In this document: piece by piece, positions 12,330 to 25,734 of the stretch
Numbering within the stretch: the first letter of the stretch is position 1
Layout of the letters: every line of letters starts with the position of its first letter
NCBI RefSeq assembly: GCF_044704955.1
Contig: NC_091994.1
Span: 1,736,001 to 1,800,000, forward strand
DNA: 64,000 nucleotides
DNA from: Pristiophorus japonicus
Lineage: Eukaryota
Reading direction: 5' to 3'
The notes under the pieces: generated by a model
Database searches by the model: none
Seen by the model: the letters and a program-made list of their open reading frames with translations, nothing else
What the model was told of the DNA's origin: nothing
Position numbers and translations under genes: made by a program

Positions 12330-12750
12330 CCTGCATTTATATAGCGCCTTTCACGACTTCAGGACATCCCAAAGTGCTTTACAACCAATGAAGTACTTTC
12401 AGAGTGTAGTCACGGTTGTAATGTTGGAAAGCCGGCAATCAATTTTCCACAAATAGTAATGTGATAATTACCAGATAATCTGTGTTAGTGATGTTGATTG
12501 AGGGATAAATATTGGCCCAGGACACCGGGGAGAACTCCCCTGCTCTTCTTCGAAATAGTGCCCTGGGATCTTTTACGTCCACCCGAGAGGGAAGGGACCT
12601 CGGTTTAATGTCTCATCTGAAAGGCGGCACCTCCGACAGTGCGGCGCTCCCTCAGTACTGCCCCTCCGACAGTGCAGCACTCCCTCAGTACTGACTCTCC
12701 GACAGTGCGGCGCTCCCTCAGTACTGCCCCTCCGACAGTGCGGCGCTCGC
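12330..12750 (-). mobile_element. Deu-domain SINE with ~3.6 tandem 33-bp units (12630-12748)
   Basis: Deu core ggaggtgccgcctttcagatgagacattaaaccgagg...aaagatccca; L2-type tail aaggcgctatataaatgcag. Confidence 0.85.
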
Positions 12751-12837
12751 TCGCCAATCCAATCAGTCCCACTCCCGACTGCTCTTTCCCCATAGCCCTG
12801 TATATTTTTGTAGTTGTGTTCCTTTTTCACATAACAA

Positions 12838-13035
12838 TCATCATCTTTCGTACGGTGATAGCAAAGCAAATCAAACATCAACATCTAAGTTGGATATCCA
12901 GGCCAAAGCTCCCGGTGTAACAGCGTGAATTCCCTCTGGGGGCAGTGCTCGATGATGTGCTCCAGGGTCTGATTAGGAGCTCCACAGTCGCATGATGGGG
13001 AGGCTTTAATCTCCCACCTATGGAGACGATGACAG
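12838..13035 (-). mobile_element. Short non-LTR 3' end with CCHC knuckle (RTE-X/I-like)
   Basis: HRWEIKASPSCDCGAPNQTLEHIIEHCP followed by a (GAT)n-type tail. Confidence 0.55.
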
Positions 13036-13364
13036 CATCGACCGTGAGGATTATTCTGCGATGCAATATTGTGTACAGTTTTATACTGAGAAGCCCCCAC
13101 GTTCAGTACGGAGGGAGCAAAAAGCATTTCCAAACCAGTTATTGAGGTACCTGTGTTATGAATAACGTACACAGCCAGGAGAGGCATTGGCCTCATGCGT
13201 CAGACCTATATCTCCCTCCATGTCTCATTAAGTCGGCTCCCCCATGATGTCATAGTGGTCAGCAGGTCAGTTTGACCTCTTACATCTGCGAGTGAGGTCA
13301 CAGGTCATCCATGGCAGTGTCAAGACAGTCGTCAAACTTCGTTACCACACATACCACTCAGAAG

Positions 13365-13815
13365 AACAAGAATTAGGAGCAGGAGTTGGCCATTCGGCCC
13401 CTCAAGCCTGCTCCACCATTCAATGAGATCACGGCTGATCATCGACCTCAACTCCACTTTCCCGCCCGATCCCCATATCCTTTGATTCCCTGAAGATCTA
13501 AAAATCTATTGATCTCTGTCTTGAATATACTTAAAGACTGAGCCTCCACAGCCCTCTGGGGCAGAGAATTCCAAAGATTCACCTCCCTCTGAGTGAAGAA
13601 ATTTCTCATCTCAGTCCTAAATGTTCAACCCCTTATCCTGAGACTGTGACCCCTGGTTCTAGACTCCCCAGCCCGGGGGAACACCCTCCCTGCATCTACC
13701 CTGTCAAGCCCTGTAAGAATTTTGTATGTTTCAATGAGATCACATCTCTAGAGAATATAGCCCTAGTCTACTCATAGGACAATCCCCCATCATAGCCTCG
13801 GAATCAGTCTGGTGA
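13365..13815 (-). mobile_element. CR1 3' fragment (HER1-like tail)
   Basis: Reverse complement of the tail and the RTRGHSLRI/WNSLP block. Similar short copies at 21630-22055, 22388-22465, 45400-45740 and 60697-60990 (-), and at 50578-50945, 53826-54075 and 54800-55200 (+). Confidence 0.85.
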
Positions 13816-14119
13816 ATAAAAACAAATAAACTGCAAAACACAAGATAGATCGGAAAGAAGCAAATAATGAAGGATTTGTATATTGGGCAATCTCCAAGAC
13901 CAGGATGTATCTTGGAGTTGGGAGTAGACCACAACTGGGCCTGAGGAGGACATGGGCTCTAGATAATGCAAAGCTTCCTATGTCATTACTTCATCATCAT
14001 TCAGCTCTTTACAGTCTAAATCCCCGTCAAACCATGCTGTCCTACAATCCTTTTCGGGGAATTGCCAGAATTGCAAAGGTATGACATTTGCCACCATTTC
14101 GAAACATATTTTCCAAGCC

Positions 14120-14191
14120 CATGTCTATAAATGGCCACCTGGTGAGTGATGCCTACAGAAACTTCACAATCAGAAATTATTACAGCACATG
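14120..14191 (+). promoter_or_regulatory. TSSK6-A core promoter (TATA box plus conserved downstream blocks)
   Basis: CATGTCTATAAATGG (TATAAA 14126-14131), GAAACTTCACAA (14158-14169) and AAATTATTACAGCA, all shared with the region upstream of copy B. Confidence 0.7.
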
Positions 14192-14242
14192 TGTGAACTG
14201 GTTTACTCATAAGGCCAATACCTCAAAATAAAAAGTGGATAA

Positions 14243-15073
<831 letters not shown>

Positions 15074-16544
15074 AACGACCAAAAAAAAAAACCCACAGGG
15101 GCAACGAACATTAGTTTCTTCATAGTGTTACCATAAATGTGTAACGACCTTTCTAAAACCATTCACAATTAAAGCTTTGAGAGTGCACGAGCTTTTTTTC
15201 CCCTAGTCAGTCAGTGTTGAAACTTTGACCCAAGGAGATTCTACAAGGTGAATGGCATCTGAAGGAAAACCAATTTCGTTGTTGAACTTGCCGTGTAATA
15301 GTCTACTGCTATCTTCATTGAGGTACTTGGACAGTTTAGAAAGACCAGAGAGTAAAGATCTAAACCAGATGATTACGGAAGGGTTGGATAGGGTAGACGT
15401 AGAGATGTTTCCACTTGTGTTGAGACCAGAACTAGGGGCCATCAATATCAGACAGTCACTAGTAAACCCAATGGGGAATTCAGGAGAAACTTCTTTACCC
15501 AGAGAGCGGTGAGAATGTGGAACTCGCTGCCACAGGGAGGGGTTGAGGCAAATAGTATCTATGTATTTAAGTAGAAGCTGGATAAACACATGAGGGAGAA
15601 AGGAATAGAAGGATATGGTGATGGGGTGAGATGGAGAGGGGTGGGAGGGGGCTGGTGTGGAGCATAAACCCCGGCACGGAGCGGTGGGCCGGATGGACTG
15701 TTTCTGGGCTGCAGACTCAAAGTCTTCACCTCCTGTTGTGGTATTGGGGTCATTCAGATCAGACAGCTCACGTATTCCTCCTCACCCACTGATCTCAGTG
15801 AGTGAGGGGAGAAAAACTCAAATCCTGCTCCCGATTACAAGCTGGTGATCCCTGCTAGAAAAGACGTGACCTACGGCCAGAAAAGGTGTGGGCTGCACTG
15901 TGATGCCTCTCCCGGTCAATTGGCCTGCAGAAACTCAGCAGCTGTTCATATATGAAGAATGGGCATTGGGAGGTGTTGGACGGTGCAACAGGCTCGAGGG
16001 GCTGAATGGCCTACTCGCATTCCTATGTCAATGTTCATGGAACGACTGCAGCAAGAATCATTAAGGGTAACTGTGCGATTTAGTGCTTCCCCCTGGGCGT
16101 GGGCCCTGCTCATAGGAAGCAGAGGTCCGATCTGGCTAGAACCCTTTGCCCCTATTCTCAGACCCTCGCTCCCTGCCAGTATAACTCCCAGCGAGAGCAC
16201 CAGATGGTGCAACTACCCGCATTTAATTAAAACATTTTTTGGGGATGTGGGCTGACACTGGCAAGGCTGGCATTTATTGCCTGTCCCTAATTGCTTGAGA
16301 AGGTGGTGGTGAGCCGCCTTCTTGAACCGCTGCAATATTAAGCACAATATCTACTCTCTACTAAAGGTGGTTAATATGTTATTGATTGTCCCAGCGATTA
16401 AGTAATAAGCAATTTTTTAAACTTAGGAGCAGGAGTTGGCCATTCAGCCCCTCTCGCCTGTTCCACCATCCAATGAGTCATGGCTGATCTGTATCTTAGC
16501 TCGAGTTACCTGCCTTATGTAACCTGGGTAATCAAAGTCATCTT

Positions 16545-17550
16545 TCATCTTAAAGGAGGAGAGATGTAGAGAGGCGGAGAGGTTTAGGGAGGGAGTTCCA
16601 GAGCTTGGGGCCCAGGCAGCTGAAGGCACGGCCACCGATTAAAATCAGGGATGCTCAAGAGGCCAGAATTGGAGGGTTATAGGGCTGGGGGAGATTACAG
16701 AGATAGGAGTGAGGCCACGAAGGGATTTGAAAACAAGGGTGGGAATTTTAAAACGAGGCGTTTTCAGACTGGGAGCCAATGTAGGTCAGCGAGCACAGTG
16801 GGTGATGGGTGAGCGGGACTCGGTGTGAGTTAGGACACGGGGCAGTGAGCACAGGGGGTGATGGGTGAGTGGGACTCGGGGCGAGTTAGGACACGGGGTC
16901 AGCAAGCACAGGGGGTGATGGGTGAGTGGGACTGGGTGTGAGTTAGGACACGGGGTAGTGAGCACAGGGGGTGATGGGTGAGCGGGACTGGGTGTGAGTT
17001 AGGACACGGGGTCAGCAAGCACAGGGGGTGATGGGTGAGTGGGACTGGGTGTGAGTTAGGACACGGGGTAGTGAGCACAGGGGGTGATGGGTGAGCGGGA
17101 CTCGGTGCGAGTTAGGACACGGGGTAGTGAGCACAGGGGGTGATGGGTGAGTGGGACTGGGTGTGAGTTAGGACACGGGGCAGCGAGCACAGGGGGTGAT
17201 GGGTGAGCGGGACTGGGTGCGAGTTAGGACACGGGGTCAGTGAGCACAGGGGGTGATGGGTGAGTGGGACTGGGTGTGAGTTAGGACACGGGGCAGTGAG
17301 CACAGGGGGTGATGGGTGAGTGGGACTCGGTGTGAGTTAGGACACAGATCAGCGAGCACAGGGGGTGATGGGTGAGCGGGACATGGGCAGCAGAGTTTTG
17401 GATGAGGTCAAAGTTTATGGAGGGTGCAAGGTGGGAGGCTTGCCAGGGGAGCGTTGCAATAGCTTAGAGTCAAAAGGCACGCAAGAGAGTTTCAGCGGCA
17501 GATGAGCACAGATAAACGTAGTCGCCGGTGTTACGGAGGTGGAAGTGAAA
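16545..17550 (-). mobile_element. L2-clade LINE 3' fragment containing an internal minisatellite
   Basis: Same L2 block as 24178-24905 (SPITPVLADLHWLP region), interrupted by the tandem array below. Confidence 0.8.
16791..17380. repeat. 56-57 bp minisatellite, ~10 copies
   Basis: Unit gagcacagggggtgatgggtgag(t/c)gggact(g/c)ggtgtgagttaggacacgggg(t/c)agt. Confidence 0.92.
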
Positions 17551-17766
17551 GTGCATTCCAGATCACTCGCTGCGTAAAAATAATTTATCATCTCCCTTCT
17601 GGCTCTTCTGCCAATGATCTTAAATCTGTGTCCTCTAGATTAAATCCTTTGCTTGAAGGAGAACAATCCCAGCATCTGTAGTCTCTCCACATAACAGAGG
17701 TCGCTGGTATCAGTTAGATTGAAATACTTTACGCAGAAGACCAAAGGAGCCAATTGGGCAACTGAC

Positions 17767-18286
17767 AGACGGTTGGCGAGGAAAGTGATTGAGGGATCCG
17801 AGGGAGAGACGGTTGGCGAGGAAAGTGATTGAGGGATCCGAGGGACAGACGGTTGGCGAGGAAAGTGATTGAGGGATCCGAGGGAGAGACGGTTGGCGAG
17901 GAAAGTGATTGAGGGATCCGAGGGAGAGACGGTTGGCGAGGAAAGTGATTGAGGGATCCGAGGGACAGACGGTTGGCGAGGAAAGTGATTGAGGGATCCG
18001 AGGGAGAGACGGTTGGCGAGGAAAGTGATTGAGGGATCCGAGGGGCAGACGGTTGGCGAGGAAAGTGATTGAGGGATCCGAGGGAGAGACGGCTGGCGAG
18101 GAAAGCGATTGAGGGATCCGAGGGACAGACGGTTGGCGAGGAAAGTGATTGAGGGATCCGAGGGACAGACGGTTGGCGAGGAAAGTGATTGAGGGATCCG
18201 AGGGACAGACGGTTGGCGAGGAAAGTGATTGAGGGATCCGAGGGACAGACGGTTGGCGAGGAAAGCGATTGAGGGATCCGAGGGGC
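17767..18286. repeat. 40-bp minisatellite, 13 copies
   Basis: Unit agacggttggcgaggaaagtgattgagggatccgaggga(g/c); 520 bp = 13 x 40. Confidence 0.95.
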
Positions 18287-20039
18287 AGCAGTGGTTGGAA
18301 TTTGAGCTTTGGCACCAACCAGGTAGACGTGAATGGTCTCTTCCGTTGTTGTCCATCTGGTTGGTCGAAAAGGGTATAAAATTCCATCCACCACAACCAC
18401 TTGCATTTATATAGCGCCTTTAATGTAGTAAAACAACCCAAGTGCTTCACAGGAATGTAATCAGGCAAAAGAAAATGGATACCAAGCCAAGGAAGTAGAA
18501 GACATTAGGACACTTGGTCAGAGGGGCAAGTTTTCAAGAGCGTCTTAAAGCAGGAGAGAAGCAGAGAGATTCAGCCATTCGGCCCCTCGAGCCCGCTCCG
18601 CCATTCAATAAGATCACGGCTGATCTTCGACCTCAACTCCCGCCTGATCCCCATATTTAGGGAGGGAATTCCAGAATTTAGAGACTACAGTCCACAGCAC
18701 AGAGCAGCCGTACTGCCACCAAACCCGGCTCCACTCAAAGATATTGTTACTGCTGTTAATGAACATGTTTCCAGGAAGCACATTCTTCAGGATACTGTGA
18801 ACACACGAAAACTAAAGCAAACTACCACGGGAATCTGAAATAAAAACAAAGTGTTGGAAATGCGCAGCATCTGTGGGGTTACTCTCATTTGTTGGGTGAG
18901 AGAGAAACTGAAGACAACTATTGACATCTCCAACTCGAGTCCTCCTTCATCCATGGACATTCTTGCTCTCACTGTCACCTCTGGTCTCAATAGCAACACC
19001 CACATCTCCGTCACCGCTAAAGCAGCAGCCAAGACACTCAGGCTGCTCATTTGTGCCAACGCTTCTTTTCTACCTCAACTCTGTTCATTCTTTATTGAAG
19101 TCAACATTCGATCAACACTTAAATCTTCCTTCCACACTTGGGGTGAGGCTTCAAACACTCGACACTCCAGTCTCCAATCTCATTCCCTTCACGTCAACCT
19201 TGTTTAACCGATAACAGTGTGATTGTTGATCCTCTGATCTTCACACATGCTTCTCTCTCTTACTGTGTCTTCACTGTTCACAGGATTACACGGGATATAC
19301 GGCACAGACACAGGCCATTCGGCCCAACCAGTCCATGCCGGTGTTTATGCCCCACTCGAGCCTCCTCCCGTCTTTCCTCATCTAACTATCAGCATAACCC
19401 TCTATTCCCTTCTCCCCCATATACTTGTCCAGCCTCCCCTTAAATACATCGATACTATTCGCCTCAACCCCTCCCTGTGGCAGCGAGTTCCACATTCTCA
19501 CCGCTCTCTGGGTAAAGAAGTTTCTCCTGAATTCCCCATTGGGTTTCCTGGTGACTATCTTATATTGATGGCCTCTAGTTATGCTCTTCCCCACAAGTGG
19601 AAACACTCTCTCTGTATCCACTCGATCAAACCTTTCATCATTTTAAAAGAACTCTATTAGGTCACCCCTCAGCCTTCTTTTTCCAAGAGAAAAGAGACCC
19701 AGCCTGTTCATCCTTTCCTGATATGTATACCCTCGCATTTCTGGTATCATCCTTGTAAATCCTCTCTGCACCCTCTCCAGTGCCTCTACAACCTTTTTGT
19801 AATATGGTGACCAGAACTGTACGCAGTGCTCCATGTGTGGTGTAATTAAGGTTGGACACAGCAATGTGATAACGGCCAGATAATGTTTCAGTGATGTTGA
19901 TTGACAGAAGACTCTTGTTCAAATCAAAATTAATGGCAGCACTTTGCTGGGACCGCCTCACTTTGAGGTGCAGCGTCTTAAAATCCCAAATTTGGTGTGT
20001 CTCACTCATTATTTCCTCATTACCTTCTCAGCTCAATCA

Positions 20040-21236
20040 GGTGTCAGCCGTGTCTCAGTGGGCAACATTCTCTCCTTTAAGTCAGAAAGTTGTGGGTTCA
20101 AGTCCCACTCCAGAGCACAACAATCTAGGCTGACACTCCCAGTGCAGTGCCGAGGGAGCGCCGCACTGTCGGAGGGGCAGTGCCGAGGGAGCGCCGCACT
20201 GTCGGAGGGGCAGTGCCGAGGGAGCGCCGCACTGTCGGAGGGGCAGTGCCGAGGGAGCGCCGCACTGTCGGAGGGGCAGTGCCGAGGGAGCGCCGCACTG
20301 TCGGAGGGGCAGTGCCGAGGGAGCGCCGCACTGTCGGAGGGGCAGTGCCGAGGGAGCGCCGCACTGTCGGAGGGGCAGTGCCGAGGGAGCGCCGCACTGT
20401 CGGAGGGGCAGTGCCGAGGGAGCGCCGCACTGTCGGAGGGGCAGTGCCGAGGGAGCGCCGCACTGTCGGAGGGGCAGTGCCGAGGGAGCGCCGCACTGTC
20501 GGAGGGGCAGTGCCGAGGGAGCGCCGCACTGTCGGAGGGGCAGTGCCGAGGGAGCGCCGCACTGTCGGAGGGGCAGTGCCGAGGGAGCGCCGCACTGTCG
20601 GAGGGGCAGTGCCGAGGGAGCGCCGCACTGTCGGAGGGGCAGTGCCGAGGGAGCGCCGCACTGTCGGAGGGGCAGTGCCGAGGGAGCGCCGCACTGTCGG
20701 AGGGGCAGTGCCGAGGGAGCGCCGCACTGTCGGAGGGGCAGTGCCGAGGGAGCGCCGCACTGTCGGAGGGGCAGTGCCGAGGGAGCGCCGCACTGTCGGA
20801 GGGGCAGTGCCGAGGGAGCGCCGCACTGTCGGAGGGGCAGTGCCGAGGGAGCGCCGCACTGTCGGAGGGGCAGTGCCGAGGGAGCGCCGCACTGTCGGAG
20901 GGGCAGTGCCGAGGGAGCGCCGCACTGTCGGAGGGGCCGTCTTTCGGATGAGACATTAAACCGAGGCCCCGTCTGCCCTCTTAGGTGGACACAAAAGATC
21001 CCATGGCACTACTTCGAAGAGCAGGAGAGTTCTCCCCGGTGTCCTGGACAATATTTATCCCTTAATCAACATCACTAAAACAGATTATCTGGTCATTATC
21101 ACATTGCTGTTTGTGGGAGCTTGCTGTGCACACGTTTCCCACATTACATTGACTACACTCCAAAAGTACTTCATTGGCTGTAAAGTGCGTTGGGACAGAG
21201 GTCATGAAAGGCACTATATAAATGCAAGTCTTTCTT
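20040..21236 (+). mobile_element. Full-length Deu-domain (SacSINE1-like) SINE with an internal 33-bp array
   Basis: tRNA-like head gtcagccgtgtctcagtggg...ggttcaagtcccactcc; Deu core; L2-like tail aaaggcactatataaatgcaagtctttctt. Confidence 0.88.
20145..20936. repeat. 33-bp minisatellite, 24 apparently identical copies
   Basis: Unit cagtgccgagggagcgccgcactgtcggagggg; 792 bp = 24 x 33. Confidence 0.97.
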
Positions 21237-22876
21237 GTTAGCGTGCTCGTTCTACTGTTGATAGTTTTCCTGTACAAGGGGCCTTGCGCCTATTTAAGGT
21301 TTCTCAATAAAAAGTAAAATACACGGAAAGCACGACAATGGTGTTGATTCATTCTTCCAAAGTCCGCTGGTCCCAAGAATAGAGGGACCATTGAGTTAAT
21401 ATGGCCAAATGGTGTCAAACTACCCCAGAATAACAATGAGTGAGCACCCCAATGAGGATGGATCTGAGCCGCTGAGGTTTGTTTGAATCTCCGTAGTCAG
21501 CGTCACTTTGGGGTGAGGGAGTCGCATCGTCTGAACTCCCTGCTTAAAGATTCTTCGTGGTAGACATTATTTTCTTTAAAAGGGCATCCTGAAGGTGAGT
21601 CTTCGTGTTTGAAAGGAACTCCGAATAACAACAGGAGCAGGAGTCGGCCATTCGGCCCCTCGAGCCTGCTCCGCCATTCAATAAGATCACGGCTGATCTT
21701 CGACCTCAACTCCACTTTCCCGCCCGATCCCCATATCCCTCGATTCCCCTAGAATCCAAAAATCTCTCGATCTCTGTCTTGAATATACTCAACGACTGAG
21801 CCTCCACAGCCCTCTGGGGCAGAGAATCCCAAAGATTCACCACCCTCTGAGTGAAGAAGTTTCTCCTCATCTCAGTCCTAAATGGCCGACCCCTTATCCT
21901 GAGACTGTGACCCCTGGTTCTAGACTCCCCAGCCCGGGGGAAACATCCTCCCTGCATCTACCCTGTCAATCCCCCTCAGAATCTTGTATGTTTCAATGAG
22001 ATCACCTCTCATTCTTCTATATTCCAGAGACTAGAGGCTCAATTTACTTAGTCTCTGATGGAAAGAGTCCAACTATGTGGGAGCCCAAGGCGAGAATCAC
22101 ATTGACTGCCTGATTGCAAATGGTGACGTCTTCAAAGGGAGACTGGATTGTCTCTTTCAAACAGATCCAATGGATCAAACCTGCCTCCCTCCTTGAACAA
22201 GGAGACACTTCCTGTTTCCTGTCTTTCCCTGGAAGCCACAGAGATGTGCGTTTCTGGATGATCTAGGGAAGAGCAGAATTGAGGAGCGGGAGTTGGAGAG
22301 CCATGGCTCCTTGAGATCATCCAATTAGAAATCTCCAAAGGAGGAAGATCACCCAGTTAGAAAATAACTGCCGGTCAAGTGGGGACACATAAGAAATAGG
22401 AGCAGGAGTCGGCCATTTGGCCCCTCGAGCCTGCTCCGCCATTCAATAGGATCACGGCTGATCTGACTTGCCCATGGAGCGCCCAGCTCAGCTGCTTTGG
22501 GTGATGCAACTCAACCTATCCCACACCTCATTGCTCAGGATGATCTCATAACCCAGGAGTGTCTCGGTCAAAGGTCGGAAGTCACCCCCACCAAAGAAAT
22601 GCAAGGACAAACATTTCACATTTATCGATTATATATTCTATTTTTAAACACGAGCATTGCTGATGAATCCCTTACTTTCCTTTCTCAAAGCAAAAGCGAA
22701 CTTGTGTGTTTCTTGGAATGAATGGAGCCGCATTCCTTTATAAGGTCACAAAAAGAGTTGGAGATTTTGGAAAGCACGGGCCGAGGTGGTCAGGTTGACG
22801 GCAGGAAATGACCCATCAATTTATATTGCACTGCTAAGTTTTTACAGTCAATATTTTCTGAAGGCATTTCCTGGCA

Positions 22877-22951
22877 CATGTCTATAAATGGTGATGGGGT
22901 AGGGCTGTGACACAAGGGAAACTTCACAACAGCAAATTATTACAGCAGATG
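22877..22951 (+). promoter_or_regulatory. TSSK6-B core promoter (TATA box plus conserved downstream blocks)
   Basis: CATGTCTATAAATGG (TATAAA 22883-22888), GAAACTTCACAA (22918-22929) and AAATTATTACAGCA, in the same order and similar spacing as copy A. Confidence 0.7.
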
Positions 22952-22957
22952 CATTGA

Positions 22958-23821
<864 letters not shown>

Positions 23822-24039
23822 AGGAATATGCTCTAATGAGGGTCAATGTGGGAGCCTTGTTGCATTTTTGCTGCTGTAGATTTTTCAAACTGGTTTCAGT
23901 CAAAGACTATTAGACATTGGATGTCAAAGAGTCAGATACACCGACCTATCCTTAAAATAGTGGCTGGTTTCATGAGAAAGAGAGACAGAGTGAGAGAGAG
24001 ATAGGGAAAGAAAGATGAGAGAGAGGGGGAAAGGGAGAA

Positions 24040-25160
24040 AGATTTTCATTTATATAACACTTTTCACAATCTCAGGACATTCCAAAGTGGTTTACAGCCA
24101 ATGAAGTATTTTTGAAGTGTAGTCAATGCAGGAAACACAACTGCCAATTTGTGCACAGCAAGGTCCCAAAAATAGCATAACAACTTGTATTTATATAGAG
24201 CCTTTAACGTCGTGAAACACCCCAAGTCGCTTCACAGGAGTATTATGAGATAAAAATTTGACACCGAGCCGCAGAAGGAGAAATTAGCGCAGGGGTAGGT
24301 TTTAAGGAGCGTCTTGAAGGAGGAAAGAGGGGTAGAGAGGCTGAGAGGTTAAGGGAGGGAGTTCCAGAGCTTGGGGCCCAGGCAACAGAAGGTACGGCCA
24401 CCAATGGTTGAATGATTATAGTCAGGGATGCTCAAGAGGCCAGATTAGAGGAGCATAGACATCTCCGGGGGTTGTGGGGCTGGAGGAGATTACAGAGATA
24501 GGGAGGCCATGGAGGGATTTGAAAATAAGGATGAGAATTTTGAAATTGTGGTGCTGCTTAACCGGAAGCCAATGTAGGTCAGCGAGCACAGGGGGTGATG
24601 GGTGAGCGGGACTCTGCGAGTTAGGACACGGGTCAGCGAGCACAGGGGGTGATGGGTGAGCGGGACTTGGTCCGAGTTAGGACACGGGCAACCGAGTTTT
24701 GGATCACCTCTAGTTTACGTAGGGTAGAATGTGGGAGGCCGGCCAGGAGTGTGTTGGAATAGTCAAGTCTGGAGGTAACAAAGGCATGGATGAGGGCTTC
24801 AGCAGCGGATGAGCTGAGGCAGGGCCGGAGACGGGCAATGTTACGGAGGTGGAAATAGGCGGTTTTAGTTATGCTGCGGATATGTGGTTGGAAGCTCATT
24901 TCAGGGATAAATATTGGCCCCAGGACACCCAAGAGAAATCCTTTGCTCTTCTAAAATAGTGTCATCCACCAGCGAGGGAAGACAGGGCCTCGGTTTAACG
25001 TCTCATCTTAAAGACGGCACCTTTGACAGTGCAGTGCTCCCTCAGTACTGGTACTGGAGTGTCAGCCTAGATGATGTGCTCAAGTTCCTGGAGTGGGACT
25101 TGAGCCAACAACCTTCTGACTCGGAGGCGAGAGTGCTGCCCACTGAGCCACGGCTGACAG
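24040..25160 (-). mobile_element. Deu-SINE pieces (24040-24175, 24905-25160) flanking an L2 3' fragment (24178-24905)
   Basis: L2 ORF HIRSITKTAYFHLRNIARLRP...HAFVTSRLDYSN...SPITP...LHWLPV; SINE head at ~25160. Two copies of the 56-bp unit at 24580-24690. Confidence 0.82.
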
Positions 25161-25734
25161 GGAATTGGTTTAATCATTTTCTTCCCGTCGCTTGTCACTG
25201 ACTCAGGGTTACGGGAGAGCAAGCTGGGCAGTGGGATTAGTTCAATGCCATTGGACCCAGCCACCCTCGATAAATCAGTTATGAAGCCATTGTTAATTCA
25301 TGAGCTTGGACTGCGGAGCTATGTTTGTGTTGGGGGTGGGGGGGGGAAGGTGTTGTAGGGCAGCACTGGACAATACAACAGTGCCCAATCCAATGCTCAT
25401 GTGATGATGAAAAACTTGCCAATTACTGCACATTTGGGAAAGGAGCCAGAGGGATTACTGATCCCTGTAGTCCCTTATCCTGAATTGAGCCTTTAGACCA
25501 GGGGAGAAAATCCACAAACAGACAACTAAACAAAATTCATCAGCTTCTCAACAAGCAATTCTCCATTTGAGCCTACAGATTACTGCTTCTCATTAGGATT
25601 GCTGGTGGACTGAACGAGTATAGAATCCAGCGGGAATCTTTCTAGAATGCGCCGCAAGAGAATGTGTCTTTGCGCAATGAACCACCATGTGTCGCTTGAC
25701 CTTCGCACTCTTTGATAGAGAGAAGATAGTTTAT

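Noticed and set aside
17767-18286. CRISPR-like appearance of the tandem arrays
   Set aside because: Units are head-to-tail without unique spacers, there are no cas genes, and the context is vertebrate.
20040-20115. tRNA-like sequence
   Set aside because: It is the SINE head, contiguous with the Deu core; no complete cloverleaf is evident.
19944-20959. Long repetitive ORFs in several frames (SAALSEGQCRG etc.), also at 35724-36818 and 17640-18468
   Set aside because: By-products of stop-free tandem arrays; there are no gene signals.
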